In this document: in pieces, positions 1-13,996 of the stretch
Layout: each line of letters starts with the position of its first letter
How positions within the stretch are numbered: position 1 is the first letter of the stretch
NCBI RefSeq assembly: GCF_964355755.1
Contig: NC_092674.1
Location: 868,001 to 932,000 of the forward strand
Length of the DNA: 64,000 bases
Direction: 5' to 3'
DNA from: Antedon mediterranea
Taxonomy: Eukaryota > Animalia > Echinodermata
Program-made: the position numbers and the translations under genes
Notes under the pieces: model-generated
Told to the model about the DNA's origin: nothing
Seen by the model: only the letters and a program-made list of their open reading frames with translations
Database searches by the model: none

Positions 1-1526
1 ATCAGATACAATACAAACAGAAGAATTTTAGTTGAACAATATAAGAATAAATATTGCACAGATCTATGGCTAGATTATTCAGTAACCTATCATTTTAAGA
101 CATTAATAACCATCTGTGTAGTGAATTGATTTAGGTTGGTTTCGGATCATTTCAAGATTCTAAGTTAAATTACCAAGAGACATATCTAAAAGAGCCATTT
201 ATTGAATGAGTTACCATAGTTACTAAGTGAGGCTTCCAAGATAAGCAAAACGACTGGAAAGAAGCATAATCTTCATTTATGAATGTTTTTTTTTACATAA
301 TTTTGTTTTTCTTTAGAAGTGCATATTATTTATTAATATACTTTTAGCATCGAAGTAAATCCATAATTTTAAAATTGAAAAACCTTTCTTTCAATGTCAG
401 AAGATATCAATTTTGTATATCAACTAAAACTAAATAATTGATATAATTGATGAGTGACTTGCTAAATCATACTGAATTAAGAATATTGTAGCAAATACAT
501 ACCGGCATTGCTTTTCTTAATAAATACATCTCGTGAAATGTTTTCCTTGTAGCGAATACTAAAGTAAAATTAACACACAGACAGACAAATTAAATTATAT
601 TAATTTAAATGAATTATTAGTTATTTTTGCCGATTCCCAGACACACTAATTTACCATGTCCTGATATATTTAAAATAAAAAATTACTTTGACTTTTGAAA
701 ACTAATTTATGTACGTAAATGATTTATCTAGATTTTGTAATTGGTATTGTCCAGTGTAACCTGAATATTACTTACCAACGTAGACGTAATTTTTATTCCC
801 AAATGACCAATTTAAATTGAAATACAAACTGTATATTTTGTTTAAAGCTTGAACATCAACAAGAATGACCAGGAGAACAATATGAATTTAACGGCAATAA
901 TAAATTCACTATTATCTTATAAAATATTTTTTTTTTTCTGTTTTTCTCTTTTCAATAATTCACAGAGTAGTTCTTTGTTTATCTGTGCAGTCATTTAAAC
1001 GACCTCGTTTTCAGAATTCTTATGTTTTATTATGATTGATAATAAATCTACAATAATTTTTTTTCTTGGTAATGTTATCAGCTTGGATTTTTATGTCAAT
1101 TTTGATATTAAATGATGATATAGCCTCTAGGTTATGTTATCATAGCAGTTTCTATGGATACTTATCTAACATTAATAATACATTGTTTTATGTTGTGTGA
1201 CAATAGTAATTGAAGCTTATAGCGTTTTTGTCAACATCTCAAAAAATGCTCACAGCCCCTAATGATAATTGATCTAGTCCTAATTGAACCTACCCCTGTA
1301 CTTAAACATGTTTAGTATGTTCTCAGACGTTATGGTGTGAATCGTAATTCTAAAATTAATTAGGTTATGGGATTAACTGTATTATCATTCCATCTGCGTT
1401 AATCCTATATATAATTAATACAATTTCCAATTACTTTTGATGTTTATCATATCATTCAGACTTGAATTCTAGATGGTGATTCTGTTTTATATTGATAAAA
1501 ATATAAACAAGTTAACACACATGTGA

Positions 1527-1679
1527 CAAGTGTACTCAATTGAGATTTAGTACAAGTCTACTCATGTCAGACTTAGGACAAGTCTACTCAATTAAGACTT
1601 AGTACAAGTCTACTCAATTGAGACTTAGTACAAGTCTACTCAATTGAGATTTAGTACAAGTCTACGCAAGTGAGACTTA
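1527..1679. repeat. About 26-bp minisatellite interrupted by the Harbinger insertion
   Basis: Unit GAGACTTAGTACAAGTCTACTCAATT, about 6 copies; resumes at 3310-3350. Confidence 0.85.
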
Positions 1680-3309
1680 GGGCCTGTTTCTGCTGCATAG
1701 AAAATAACCGGTTAAAATCGGTGTGAATAAATTAAAATCAGTGTGAATAAATTAACTCCATTTTCTTGGCAGCAGAAACAGGACACATTTGTGGTAACCG
1801 GTTAAAAGGCAGCGCAAAATAACCGGTTAAAAACACCAATTTAAATCGGTGTTAGAACGCCGTTTAACCGGTTATCGCTGAGCAATTCTTAGCTGCAACA
1901 CGAAATAACGGTTATTTGATTGACAGTTGTGACCCCGGGTCAGATACCGTCGCATACGATGTGTGTTTTCCTCGTGGTTTTGACAGTCGAACGAAGAAGT
2001 GAACATGTATGTGGATGAATGAAATCACAAGATATGTTATTCAGTCGTGGGGGGAGAGAAAGTACGGGGAAGGATGGCAGGGAATAGAAAAGAATCACAG
2101 ATAATAAATAAGAGCATTTTTGCGAAAGTAAAAGAGGAGTTTGGGGTGGAGTTCCGGGGACTACCCAAGCTAAGCAATTTGAGGCGTTAGTACACGCTCG
2201 CGAAGGGTATGGATGGTCCCCTATATAAACACCAAAACGGAAACAAAAGGAACTCAGAATGTTGCAAATACCTACCAAACGATAGTAGATAATGGTTAAT
2301 TAATTATGAAAACCCAAATTTTATAGCAAAAATCATCCGAATTTATGTTATAAACGATGAATTTAGCAACAAAAACTTAATCCAAACGAGCGTATTTATG
2401 GCATGCCCTTAGTGCCTTTAATAGGAGAACAATGAACATTCTTACTTTGATCGTTTTACATAATATAATTTTTTAGAAAAACATCACATCGACCGAAAAC
2501 AAAGGTAATCAGAGCCTTTGATAATATATTAAATATGATTTTATTAAGCATAGAAATGTGTTGTTATTTATGTTAGTACATAAATATACGAAATAATGTT
2601 CAATACTCATTATTTTATTAAAGGCACTATATGCGTGCGATATTCTATGACTTGGATACTCTCGTTTGATTTAAGTTTTTGTGGCTAAACTCATCGTTTT
2701 TAACATAAATTCGGACGATTTTTGCTATAAAAGTTGGGTTTTCATAATTAATTAACAATTATCTACTCTCGTTTGGTAAGTATTGCAACATTCTGAGTCT
2801 CGTTTTTGTTTCCGTTTGGTGTTTTGTAGGACCGCGCTCGCGAAAGACAACAGTCGTTCACGTGGGAAGGGCCGTATGTCATCGCCTTTGTTGAGGATAA
2901 AAATTATCCTAGTTTAGGCGATCGGGCGCTGCACGACCCTCCCCATCATGTTATTGAAGGCGCCATGAGAATTAATTTTATTAGCGATGTAAGTAGGCTT
3001 TACAAAAAACAAAACTTGTAGACCTGGAGACAACATTTTATTTTTTTAACATGTTTGAGTGAGATGTTCGGCGATATAATACACACGTGTGTACTCACGA
3101 CGTCGATGTAAACAAACAGCCAACTTCTACTTCCGTCTGAGTGTATTGCATTTTGGGTAATGATGACGTTTTGCTCGACGACCACCCATAGATTTAACCG
3201 GTTATTTCGGAGCACAAATTGAGCAGAAACGCGGTCTTGTTATTGTTATCTATTTTTAATCTATTTTAAAATAACCGGTTAAATTGCGTTATGCAGCAGA
3301 AACAGACCC
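1680..3309. mobile_element. Non-autonomous PIF/Harbinger DNA transposon
   Basis: TIRs GGGCCTGTTTCTGCTGCA / TGCAGCAGAAACAGACCC, TTA target duplication (1677-1679, 3310-3312), subterminal AACCGGTT repeats at both ends. Confidence 0.88.
2215..2833. mobile_element. Nested foldback element with about 200-bp inverted arms inside the Harbinger element
   Basis: About 2215-2422 is the reverse complement, with mismatches, of about 2616-2833 (e.g. ttaattaattatgaaaaccca / tgggttttcataattaattaa; agtgcctttaata / tattaaaggcact). Confidence 0.75.
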
Positions 3310-4681
3310 TTAGTACAACAAGTCTACTCAGTTAAGACTTCTACTCAATTGTGTAAACTCCATGCCATGCTCATGAGTTCATTTGTTCATGTGTTTTTTT
3401 TCTAAATGTTGAATTACTAATTAGATGAGGTAACCTTGGCGTTATTAAAGTTGCATCACACTTGCACATCTGTCCACACCAGATTTTAAATGTGTGATGG
3501 CTTCTACTTGATGATCTTTGGTCTTATCCTTTAGAGACTAAGCTAACCACTACAGTGTGTAAATCATTTATTTTTGTGCTATGCTTATCTGAGTGACATT
3601 ATTAAAGAAGAAACATACTTAGGATGAGAGCATAAGTGGTGGTTTAAGTATGTTCACTTAGACTACTGTAGTTATAAATTATATTATCCTTGGCAATGGC
3701 AGAGATATATAAAATACTTAATGTGAGAAATATTTAAACACACACTGTCTTTACTTGTATTTCTCCCTTTATAAAATCAAACTTAATATATTTTATCCCC
3801 CTACATCCTTTTGATGACTCACCGATTCTTAGATGAGGACTTACTGTAAATAAGAATTGATACCGGTAATCGCTTGTCAATTATCAGCTTCTCTAAATTT
3901 CCATCACAAATTCTAATTTTAGATGAAAGCTTACAATAATTATTACATTCTATGACATTCTTCTAAGGTAATTTAATTGTCCTATTGCACACCATGTGAC
4001 CCACAATCGTCCAATCAAATGACAGGAATTTATTTATTTGTTATATAATACATTCTTGGCATTCTTCTAAGTTAAATTTAATTTAATTGGAATGATATTC
4101 TTAAGATTGGCTTCATTAACTAAATTCATAATTAACATTAATGTGACAGTAAGCGTTATTTTATAATTAGCGTTGTAGTAACCAAGATTGTTGATTGCCG
4201 TAATAAACTGACACAAATCATTTATAATGTCACTCGTTGTAGAATAAACCCTATTAATTTAGACTGTACAAATACCAATTTGCCGTCGTTCATTTAGTTG
4301 TATCTGTGTCGTTGATATCCTGAGTGGAATGTTAATTTATAATATAGTTGGTATGATCGCTAAATAGATACTGTGTAGGCCTAGTGCTTGAATGCCAAAG
4401 TGATTGTATAGATTAAGTAGAATGCGATTTGTGCAGAATATTTGCATGTCTGCAGTTTATGGATTTACAGGAAGTTGGATATTGTTTCAACGTTTCAATA
4501 TGTAGATGGCTTTGGGCCGATTTACAACTTCTAAAATCATGCATTTCAGAATCACATATTTAAAAAAACATTTGAAAAATCATGGTTTTTTTAAAACATT
4601 TTAATATTATGTGTAAAGTGATTGATTCACATACACTCCTATTTATTATTATTAATAAAGGTTTAATGTTTTTTGTTGTAG

Positions 4682-5979
4682 TCTTTTGAAAAATGTGGCC
4701 ATCTAGTAAGAAAACGACGATCATCCGAACCAAACAAGAAAAAATTGGATAAGAAATCGGATTGGAGTAGATACCGGCCTCAAGGAAATAACAATCCATC
4801 ATCGACGGCTCTTGGAGCTACCCTCAACGGCTACATTGCCGAAACTGCAGAGATGTTAAAGAACTCTATTAATTTCTGGGCGGATCTGCCGTACCTCATG
4901 TGCAATGATGATAACTATGCAGCGGAAGCATCCAATCAGAACTGCTGGACTGGAATCGAGATCGGAAAGTAAGTATTAAACACAAACTGCACATTTAAAA
5001 AACATTGGCTTTAAGTGGTTAATTTGTGCATTGTAAATGTTTGCATATTAACTACTGAGTTTGGTACTAGTATTGTAATATGTTAGGTCTTGGTATTCAC
5101 CTGTTATGCAAATTGTATGCATCCTATATAATATCTACATAATTGTGGCTGCCTACTTTATTTTCATAAAGATTATCTTATTATATAATATAGCATTATT
5201 TAATCATTAACTTTACTTGTATCGACACTACTATATTATTCATTATATATTAAGATTATAGATTTTTTTTAAATAGTGGTGTTTATTAACCCACAGTTAT
5301 GACCGGCCTATTGTAAAAAGCGGGCTAGAATTCCAAGGCAATAACTCAGAAGTTGATATGGTAAGCAGAATAAGATCGCCCTCTACGTTGGAGTATAAGG
5401 CTTTGCTTAAAGACATTACAGCTCAACTTAATCATGCTTATACCGGAAGAAATACAAAATTTATATCATTAGTTCCTGATGGTAAGTAGCTAGCTTAGTT
5501 CCATTAAATAAAACATCAAGATTTACATTTATATGGAATAAAATAACACCAGACTCACAGACATTAAGATTTTACATAAATAAATATACCAGACAGACTC
5601 ATAGGCATTTAGTTTATATGGAAGAAAATCTCAAGTCTATTTCGTGCCTAGCTTTCCTGGATAAACCAGTATTTGTATTTATTTGCATCCAACATCCAAA
5701 TGCTACCAACAGAATACTTTAAAATACACAAAATATTAAATACAGTACTATCATTTTTTTTTTTCAGACGAAGATTATGATGAGGAAGGCAGTGGTAGTG
5801 GCAGTGGATCTGGTTCTGGTGATGGATCAGTCAACGATATCACTGTCACAACCATTGACAACGATCCTAAATATCGACCGACGAAATTCCCAGACAATGC
5901 AGCACCCTCGCAAGCAACAATAACATTATCTGTATTAATTTTCTCTATGTTATTTTCATGTCTCTTCCGCGGTCATTGA
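4682..5979 (+). CDS. GPC6: Glypican (GPC1/2/4/6-type), last three coding exons; 5' exons lie upstream of the window
   Basis: Exons 4682-4968, 5297-5481 and 5768-5979 join in frame via GT-AG: SFEKCGHLVRKRRSS (furin-type RKRR)...FWADLPYLMCNDDNYAAEASNQNCWTG...GLEFQGNNSEV...LNHAYTG...DEDYDEEGSGSGSGSGSG (acidic stretch plus five SG heparan-sulfate attachment dipeptides)...hydrophobic GPI-signal tail TITLSVLIFSMLFSCLFRGH*. The GPC4/6 subtype call is from recalled motif similarity only. Confidence 0.92.
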
Positions 5980-8535
5980 AAATAACCATTGCTGAAATGA
6001 CCATTGCTGAAGCTGTTTAAAGATTAGTTATATAAGAATAATGAATAACTAAAGGTACTAATAAGAACTGGAACCAAAACTCTGGCGTGTACACCATAGC
6101 ATAATACGTACTATACCTCTATTGGGATATCATTTCATATCCAACAGTGGTGTAGTACATTTAGGTGTCTCTGCCGTATGTATTAGCAGTGTAGAACAGT
6201 TTACTGTGCAGGAAGTATGGAGCAGCCTGTTGTCAAGAATCCTCTAGAAATAGTACCTCTGGAATTATGGGTAAATGGACATGAATGTCTCCAGAAATCA
6301 GAGAGAGAGAGCATGGAATACGTCCACAAACAAGAGCGAGACAGTCGTTAGGAATTTAGAATTCCTGTCAACTTTTCCTAGAGGTTAGTCTTCACAGCAC
6401 TGCTGACACAGAGACATGACGGGCAATTTAAATTAATTGATAGAGAATGTACAATGCTGCTTCTGATGAGAATCAAAATGCTTAATGTTTACTTCCAATT
6501 CCCAATAAAAAATACAGAAATCATGCTCATTACGACATGAAAATGTTAAATGTTCTGATATGGAATAACGGATGTGAAGTTGCTTGTCACTGGACTTTAA
6601 TGCTAGAGCCACAAGTAGACATTCATGCTGGCGATATATTTGAAATCAACGTTTGTCAGAAGCACTGCCTGGTTTCAATTTAGTGATAACTGTTATAAAG
6701 ATGGTTTTTAGTAACATATCTTTTATTTATTTTTTATTTTAAATGTGAAAAATGTTAATTGTAAATAGAGATATTGTGGTTTTGAAAAATGAAGGTAGTT
6801 TATCTATGAATGGTGTGGCTATATAGCATGTCTTAAGAAAGACTTCAATGTTAATTAAGATTGGGCTTATGTATTGAGTCTGGATTTTGGGAGTTTTTTT
6901 TTAAACACAATTGGCCAATGGTTCATAAAACTGAAAATAAGCACACAAATTCCATGTTAATATTCATTCCTTATAAATCCTGAACCAAGTCCCTTGCTTT
7001 TTAAAAATAATTGAGAATTATAAATTATGCTTGAAGTTGGTGCTTTATATTCGCAGGTTAAGTACTTGCACTTAACAATGTAAGTACCTAGTCTTTGAGA
7101 TAAGTACTCAAAAAGTAAGAACTTCTCTTAAACCAAATATTAAATATCTTGGATTGCGAATGGAAATTGTAGAAATATTTTTAGATTTGATTTGTACTTA
7201 ATCCAAAGCTTTCAAATGTTTCGATGCTAGGAGCATTTTATAGATCGGTATTCATTTGTTGAAATTCAGTATTATTTCTAACCAGTTATATATATATGGG
7301 ACTGACAATAATAGGATTAGTAATATTTGCTATATTGATTGCCTATGTTGATTAGTTAAGTCGATGCTTAGGTGCCTTTGAGTGCTTCGGGCTTGCTTCA
7401 TTTTGGGTGCCTTCTATCGACTGATACTCAAGCTCTGGTCGCAAACATAATCATAATATTCTCTACAGTGTTCTTTTAATAATGTAGCTATAATGAATAT
7501 TTAATTTACGTAGTTACTGTAATTTTATAAACAATATATAAATCAGCAAGTGTTACGCTAATGCTACTAAAAGCCCCTTTTATGAAAAAAAATTTGAATT
7601 GTAATATTGTTTTAAAACATTTTAAATTGAAAAGTTTTAATCTCAAGTGATTGTGCAGTTGTTGGTTTTAATTGTTTTTAAAAACTCATTCATTTGTACA
7701 TAGAAAAAAAATGTTTTTAAATAATAATGTATTATTACTTATATCCAAGTTATCTGGTAGAATATACAGCAACCTTCCAAGAATGAACCCTTTTGTGCCT
7801 CGTCGCTTTGTAATCACTCAAATCTATTTGATATGAATTCTTGTTTGGAACATGGTATTGGTGTTGTATTTTCCACCGATTTTCCAGTTCTTGAGTTTTG
7901 ATATAATAAATAAGTCTTTATGCTTTTAGATTTTACATAATTGTTTTGATCATGAAACTTCAATTTGACCATTTATTGAATCATGTAGTTGAGATTTTAA
8001 ACTTTAAGTACGGTGGTATGGCCTCTTAATTTAAGTAAAATCATTGGTTTGTTTAATTCAAAAGTTGATGTACTAAGTCAATTGTGTCTACAGGAAATAT
8101 TACAAAAATGGAATCATTTGCTAATATAAGACAAGGAAATAAGTAAAAAGTCTTAAACATCTAAGAAATCTTTACAAAAATGTATTTAAACGAAAACGGC
8201 CCTGTGTAGTGTTCTTTGTTTCCCCAAAATTAAAAACGAAAATAATCCAGAGACCGATAAATAATAATTTATCTTTGCTGTCGACAGCATTAAATTGATT
8301 TGTGTTTATTTGTATTATAATTTTTTCATCCACCGATTATTGTCTGGGGTACTGTTTTTCTTTTAATGCTTAGTAGATTGAGATTAATTATCTTAAAATG
8401 TAAATTGTACAGAATCTTATAAAGTATAACATAAATCATTTTAACATTTTCTGTTCAGTTTAGCTGTAATATTTGCATTTGTATGTAAATGATGTTGAAT
8501 TTATAAGTTAGTGATGTAGTTCTATATATAAGACT

Positions 8536-8604
8536 GGGTCAGTATAGGGTCATCTAAGGTCAGCATAAGGTCACCTAGGGTCAGCATAAGGTCACCTATG
8601 GTCA
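8536..8604 (+). repeat. 21-bp tandem repeat made of RGGTCA half-sites
   Basis: GGTCAGCATAAGGTCACCTAG unit, about 3.3 copies. Confidence 0.8.
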
Positions 8605-8944
8605 TCCTCATCTAAAATCTACCTAATTAATATCCACCATGTTTTTAAGGTTTCATTCTTTAAGAAATAATATATATTGATCAGAAAAAGCAGTATTAAT
8701 TATGAACTTGTGTTGGTTTTTGTTAATAGCTTTTAATTTAAACAGTATTGTATGTATGTATACTGTGTAACTTGGGTACACCCTTAATTTGTATGTAATG
8801 TGTAGTTAATGTGTGTTTAATACATACTGCATACATTTATCCAAGTTCTCAACAGCATCGGTATAAAAATGAAACAATAACATGGAGCAGCAGAAATAGT
8901 CTTAAATTTGATTACTTTATAATTCATTTATTCTACACAAATTA

Positions 8945-9079
8945 AGCTGGTTCTCACTTGGACGCAATGCAAAGATGTAAAGCGCACTGCGATGGATAAT
9001 GCAAACCGTTTGTTTGAGATTGGTCACTCAATTGCGATGCGTTTATGTCGTTGCGTTGCGTCCAATTGTGAATCAAGCT
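8945..9079. mobile_element. Small palindromic MITE
   Basis: AGCTGGTTCTCACTTGGACGCAATGCAA ... TTGCGTTGCGTCCAATTGTGAATCAAGCT; a similar element at 12293-12426 has the inner inverted repeat TTGACCAATGACAAGC / GCTTGTCATTGGTCAA. Confidence 0.6.
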
Positions 9080-9822
9080 GTAAGTTATGTGCCTGTGTGT
9101 TATGTTACTCATTTCAATACACTTTGACATAAATGTGTATGCTGTATAAATACACACATACTATAATTATATGTATACATGGTATAGTTTATCTTAGTAC
9201 AAAAAGAAAATACATTTATTATTATTTGTTTTGAGTTAATTAAGTTTGTAGGCTGTTAACTATTTAAGAAAGAAAGACTGGACTAAATAATTTAAGCCAA
9301 TTCTGAAAGTATGTATTGGTAGGCCTGTTATTATTTATACATGATGTATTGATACAATCCTTCAAAATAATTATAATCATGAACCATACAAGTTTAGAAA
9401 GTATTAACAACTTAAAAAGTTACTTGTTTAAAATAACATGGTGAGAAATCATTACAAACAATGTGTGAAAGAAGTTAAAAGTTAGTTTGAAAAAAAGTTA
9501 AATTAAAAATTAGTGTGAACAGTTTTATAGTTAAAATTTAAAAAATAAAGCTTTTGACAAATTAATATCATGTAATATATATTTATATGTATCAATAAAA
9601 AAAACGATCATTGTAACTTGTATTGATAGTATTGATACAAATTGAACAGTTTATAAAATGGCAGGTTTATTGGCGTAAACTGTCATAACCACTAGAGGGC
9701 GACAGTAGCAACATTGTATATTTTGCCACCTGTAATATTTCTAGCCAGTCTTCAATACTGATGTGCTTAATATAATTATTGGCATAGATAATAACCCTGA
9801 ATATGTGTACCTTTTAAAATTC

Positions 9823-9828
9823 AATAAA
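9823..9828 (+). terminator. Candidate polyadenylation signal of the glypican 3' UTR
   Basis: AATAAA followed by GT/T-rich sequence (gatttgtgtatgtgtctt); other AATAAA hexamers occur earlier (e.g. about 9594). Confidence 0.3.
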
Positions 9829-10020
9829 ATGATTTTGTACCAAAGGATTTGATTTGTGTATGTGTCTTACTTTACTTTTTCTACACAATTTATTTTATTT
9901 CTAAATATGATTTCAGTGAGCTCTAAGTATTTGATTAGAAACTATTGAAAATGAAAATAGCCCATTAATACAGTCACACCTGCTAAAAAATCTTCCATAC
10001 ATAAAGAACTCAATAGGATT

Positions 10021-11175
10021 GATTACAAACCCACACCTCGAATTAAAGAATAGGATTGGATTAGAAACTACTTAGAAAATATTAAAAGTGATTACAATAC
10101 ACAAGAAATTAAAGAATTGGATTGGATTAGACACTACAAAGAAAATATTAAAAGTGATTACAATACACAAGAAATTAAAGAATTGGATTGGATTAGACAC
10201 TACAAAGAAAATATTAAAAGTTATTACAAACCCACACAAGAAATTAAAGAATTGGATTGGATTAGACACTACAAAGAAAATATTAAAAGTTATTACAAAC
10301 CCACACAAGAAATTAAAGAATTGGATTGGATTAGACACTACAAAGAAAATATTAAAAGTTATTACAAACCCACACAAGAAATTAAAGAATTGGATTGGAT
10401 TAGACACTACAAAGAAAATATTAAAAGTTATTACAAACCCACACAAGAAATTAAAGAATTGGATTGGATTAGACACTACAAAGAAAATATTAAAAGTTAT
10501 TACAAACCCACACAAGAAATTAAAGAATTGGATTGGATTAGACACTACAAAGAAAATATTAAAAGTTATTACAAACCCACACAAGAAATTAAAGAATTGG
10601 ATTGGATTAGACACTACAAAGAAAATATTAAAAGTTATTACAAACCCACACCTCGAATTAAAGAATTGGATTGGATTAGACACTACAAAGAAAATATTAA
10701 AAGTGATTACAATACACAAGAAATTAAAGAATTGGATTGGATTAGACACTACAAAGAAAATATTAAAAGTGATTACAATACACAAGAAATTAAAGAATTG
10801 GATTGGATTAGACACTACAAAGAAAATATTAAAAGTGATTACAATACACAAGAAATTAAAGAATTGGATTGGATTAGACACTACAAAGAAAATATTAAAA
10901 GTTATTACAAACCCACACAAGAAATTAAAGAATTGGATTGGATTAGACACTACAAAGAAAATATTAAAAGTTATTACAAACCCACACAAGAAATTAAAGA
11001 ATTGGATTGGATTAGACACTACAAAGAAAATATTAAAAGTTATTACAAACCCACACCTCGAATTAAAGAATTGGATTGGATTAGACACTACAAAGAAAAT
11101 ATTAAAAGTTATTACAAACCCACACAAGAAATTAAAGAAATGGATTGGTTTAGGAACTACTTAGAAATATTCAAA
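10021..11175. repeat. 69/66-bp minisatellite, about 17 units
   Basis: Unit TTACAAACCCACACAAGAAATTAAAGAATTGGATTGGATTAGACACTACAAAGAAAATATTAAAAGTTA with a 66-bp variant and a CCTCGA variant. Confidence 0.95.
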
Positions 11176-13276
11176 GTGATCAAACCAACATCTGAAGATT
11201 AAACCAATCAGAGCACAGATACTTTCTCAAGTTGCAGACGACAAGAAGAGTGTGGCAGCTCTCATACATTGGAATTAGACTAGGCCTAGCTAGGCCTATT
11301 TATTGATTATTATTTAAAGAAAGTAATTATTTCGGAATATGGAAGTGAATACAATAAAACAAGGCTACCGGGCTTTCAATACTCAGAAAGGTATGTTTGT
11401 AATTGAATTGCTTGCTAGGCCTAGACTTAGGCTTAGGCCTACTACTACTAGGCTAGAGCTAAGCCCTAGGCCAAATCAATTGATCTGTGGTGTAATGCAT
11501 TGGGCAAAGGCACCTGGTTTAGCACTCCTAATGGGCCCTGGGTAGCATTGGCCCTTCTTGAGGCTGCTTATGTTCTGGGTTTAGCCAGTGAACGCTCATA
11601 GCATTACTCCACTGTAAGGGGAGTTGGTGGAGGTCATAAAAATGTGCTGATTCAAATTTGTAATATAGTGCCATCTGTCTAATTTTAATCTGTGACAGAG
11701 TCTCTTTGTAGTCCAATTCTGTAGATCAGGAATGATATATATTTTGACATCATTGCAACTGTTGTTTTACCAGAGTAAAGGGCAAATTTAGGATTGTCTT
11801 CATCATCATCATAAAGAAAGTAATATCAATAAACATGAATTAATAGTTATATTTAATTGTATAATTGTACATGTATATTTCACTTTCAATTGAAAACAAA
11901 ATTTAATTACAAAAAAGTGAAATTATTCAGCTTCTTAAATAAACTATAATTGTTAAATTTATTATTAAATCATAATATTGTTTTGTTAATATTCATTCTT
12001 AAAATAATCATTTAACATTAATAATCATCAGTATTAATGTATTAATACCATAACTATACTGATGATAGTGTAAGATAGTAGTGCTTAAATATGATTTGTA
12101 TTTTACTATTTGTTAACTTAAACAACTGATACAAAATACATAAACAGATAATTCTGTTATGGTTATAATGTGTATTATCATCAGGTTAGTAAATCCTAAA
12201 TAAACCATTGGTTACAATCCCCCAAATTTGGTATTTATTTTAGATATCACATGCTTGAGGAAAGTACAGTTCCGTGTACTTTATATTTTATGTTTGGTTT
12301 CCACTAGGTTACAACACAAATGATTTGACCAATGACAAGCGATAGATTATTCAAAATGTTGCTTGTCATTGGTCAACTCACTTGCGTCTAAGTTGTTGAG
12401 TTGCATCCTAGTGGGTGGAACCAAGGATTATCGTGGCAATAACCTAACATTATCCCACTGTCTAGTAGTAGCATATTTTTCAATGGGCACAAACACATTA
12501 ATAATCACATATTGGCGTGATTAAGACATTTAAAATTAGTTTTCCCCTCCCCCCCACAAGTTCGCAAATAAATCATCTCATTTACATCTCACTTCATAAA
12601 TCTTACCAAATTCCTAGAATTCTTAATTATCTGTGTAACCAATTCTAAACTATTCCTTTTTCAAACCAGCACACAGAATTCTAAATCTATCAATGGGTAA
12701 AAAACATTGGGAAATTGTACATATCTTTTACAACATTTAATGTTACTTTTATAATGTTTTCTCATTATATTGATCCATGTGACCATATTTTGTCTTTTTT
12801 TTTTTTATTAAACTCTAAAACATCAAGTTAAAAATGTAATAATTCCTGTTTAATGGGTTCACACTTTATACGAAAAATCTAAAAATAACATTACATAATA
12901 AATTAACTTGTTTAAAGAATATATCCTAAAATGGTTTCCGTTTAAATATTTGTATACTAGTTAAGTCTGCTAAAAGCATTTACTAGGTAACCATCTTAAT
13001 ACACCAGTAAACAAAATATGTAATAAATACTAACAGTTTTTCTTGAGCACTTTCTTAAATCAGTGATATTCCAAAATTGGTGGTCCTTGGTGTTATTATT
13101 ATATAATCTTCATTAACTTCCAAGCTTAAATAGCATAACTTAGGGAAAATTATTCTACTGCAATTTTTACTGCATTAATGAAATATTTTATTTTTAAATG
13201 TAGAAGTCTATGAGACAGTCATTGCAAAAAACAGTGTGTTTGATTAGTCCAAGGGAGTAAGCAAAATGTAGTTCCC

Positions 13277-13996
13277 TAAGCAACTTTAGCCATCATAGGG
13301 GAAAAATGACAAAATCAGCACTGTGGTCATAATCAAGTTGGCTTAGTTCCTAAGCAACTTTAGCCATCATAGGGTAAATATGACAAAATCAGCACTGTAG
13401 TCATAATCAATTTGGCTAAGTTCCTAAGCAATTTTAGCCATCATAGGGTAAATATGACAAAATCAGCACTGTAGTCATAATCAATTTGGCTTAGTTCTTA
13501 AGCAATTTTAGCCATCATAGGGGAAATATGACAAAATCAGCACTGTGGTCATAATCAATTTGGCTTAGTTCTTAAGCAATTTTAGCCATCATAGGGGAAA
13601 TATGACAAAATCAGCACTGTAGTCATAATCAATTTGGCTTAGTTCTTAAGCAATTTTAGCCATCATAGGGGAAATATGACAAAATCAGCACTGTAGTCAT
13701 AATCAATTTGGCTTAGTTCTTAAGCAATTTTAGCCATCATAGGGGAAATATGACAAAATCAGCACTGTGGTCATAATCAATTTGGCTTAGTTCTTAAGCA
13801 ATTTTAGCCATCATAGGGGAAATATGACAAAATCAGCACTGTAGTCATAATCAATTTGGCTTAGTTCTTAAGCAATTTTAGCCATCATAGGGGAAATATG
13901 ACAAAATCAGCACTGTAGTCATAATCAATTTGGCTTAGTTCTTAAGCAATTTTAGCCATCATAGGGGAAATATGACAAAATCAGCACTGTGGTCAT
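13277..13996. repeat. 74-bp minisatellite, about 10 units, just past the RagA stop codon
   Basis: Unit TAAGCAATTTTAGCCATCATAGGGGAAATATGACAAAATCAGCACTGTAGTCATAATCAATTTGGCTTAGTTCT. Confidence 0.95.

Noticed and set aside
1940-2278. 112-aa minus-strand ORF
   Set aside because: Lies within a decayed transposon and crosses the nested foldback boundary; no recognisable domain.
11339-11815. GC-richer block with short ORFs between glypican and RagA
   Set aside because: All frames I translated are interrupted by stops and I recognise no domain; may be an old pseudogene or TE fragment, needs BLASTX.
13277-13996. 74-bp array as a RagA 3' UTR regulatory element
   Set aside because: A minus-strand ATTAAA at 14027-14032 may end the transcript before the array; UTR inclusion cannot be shown from sequence.
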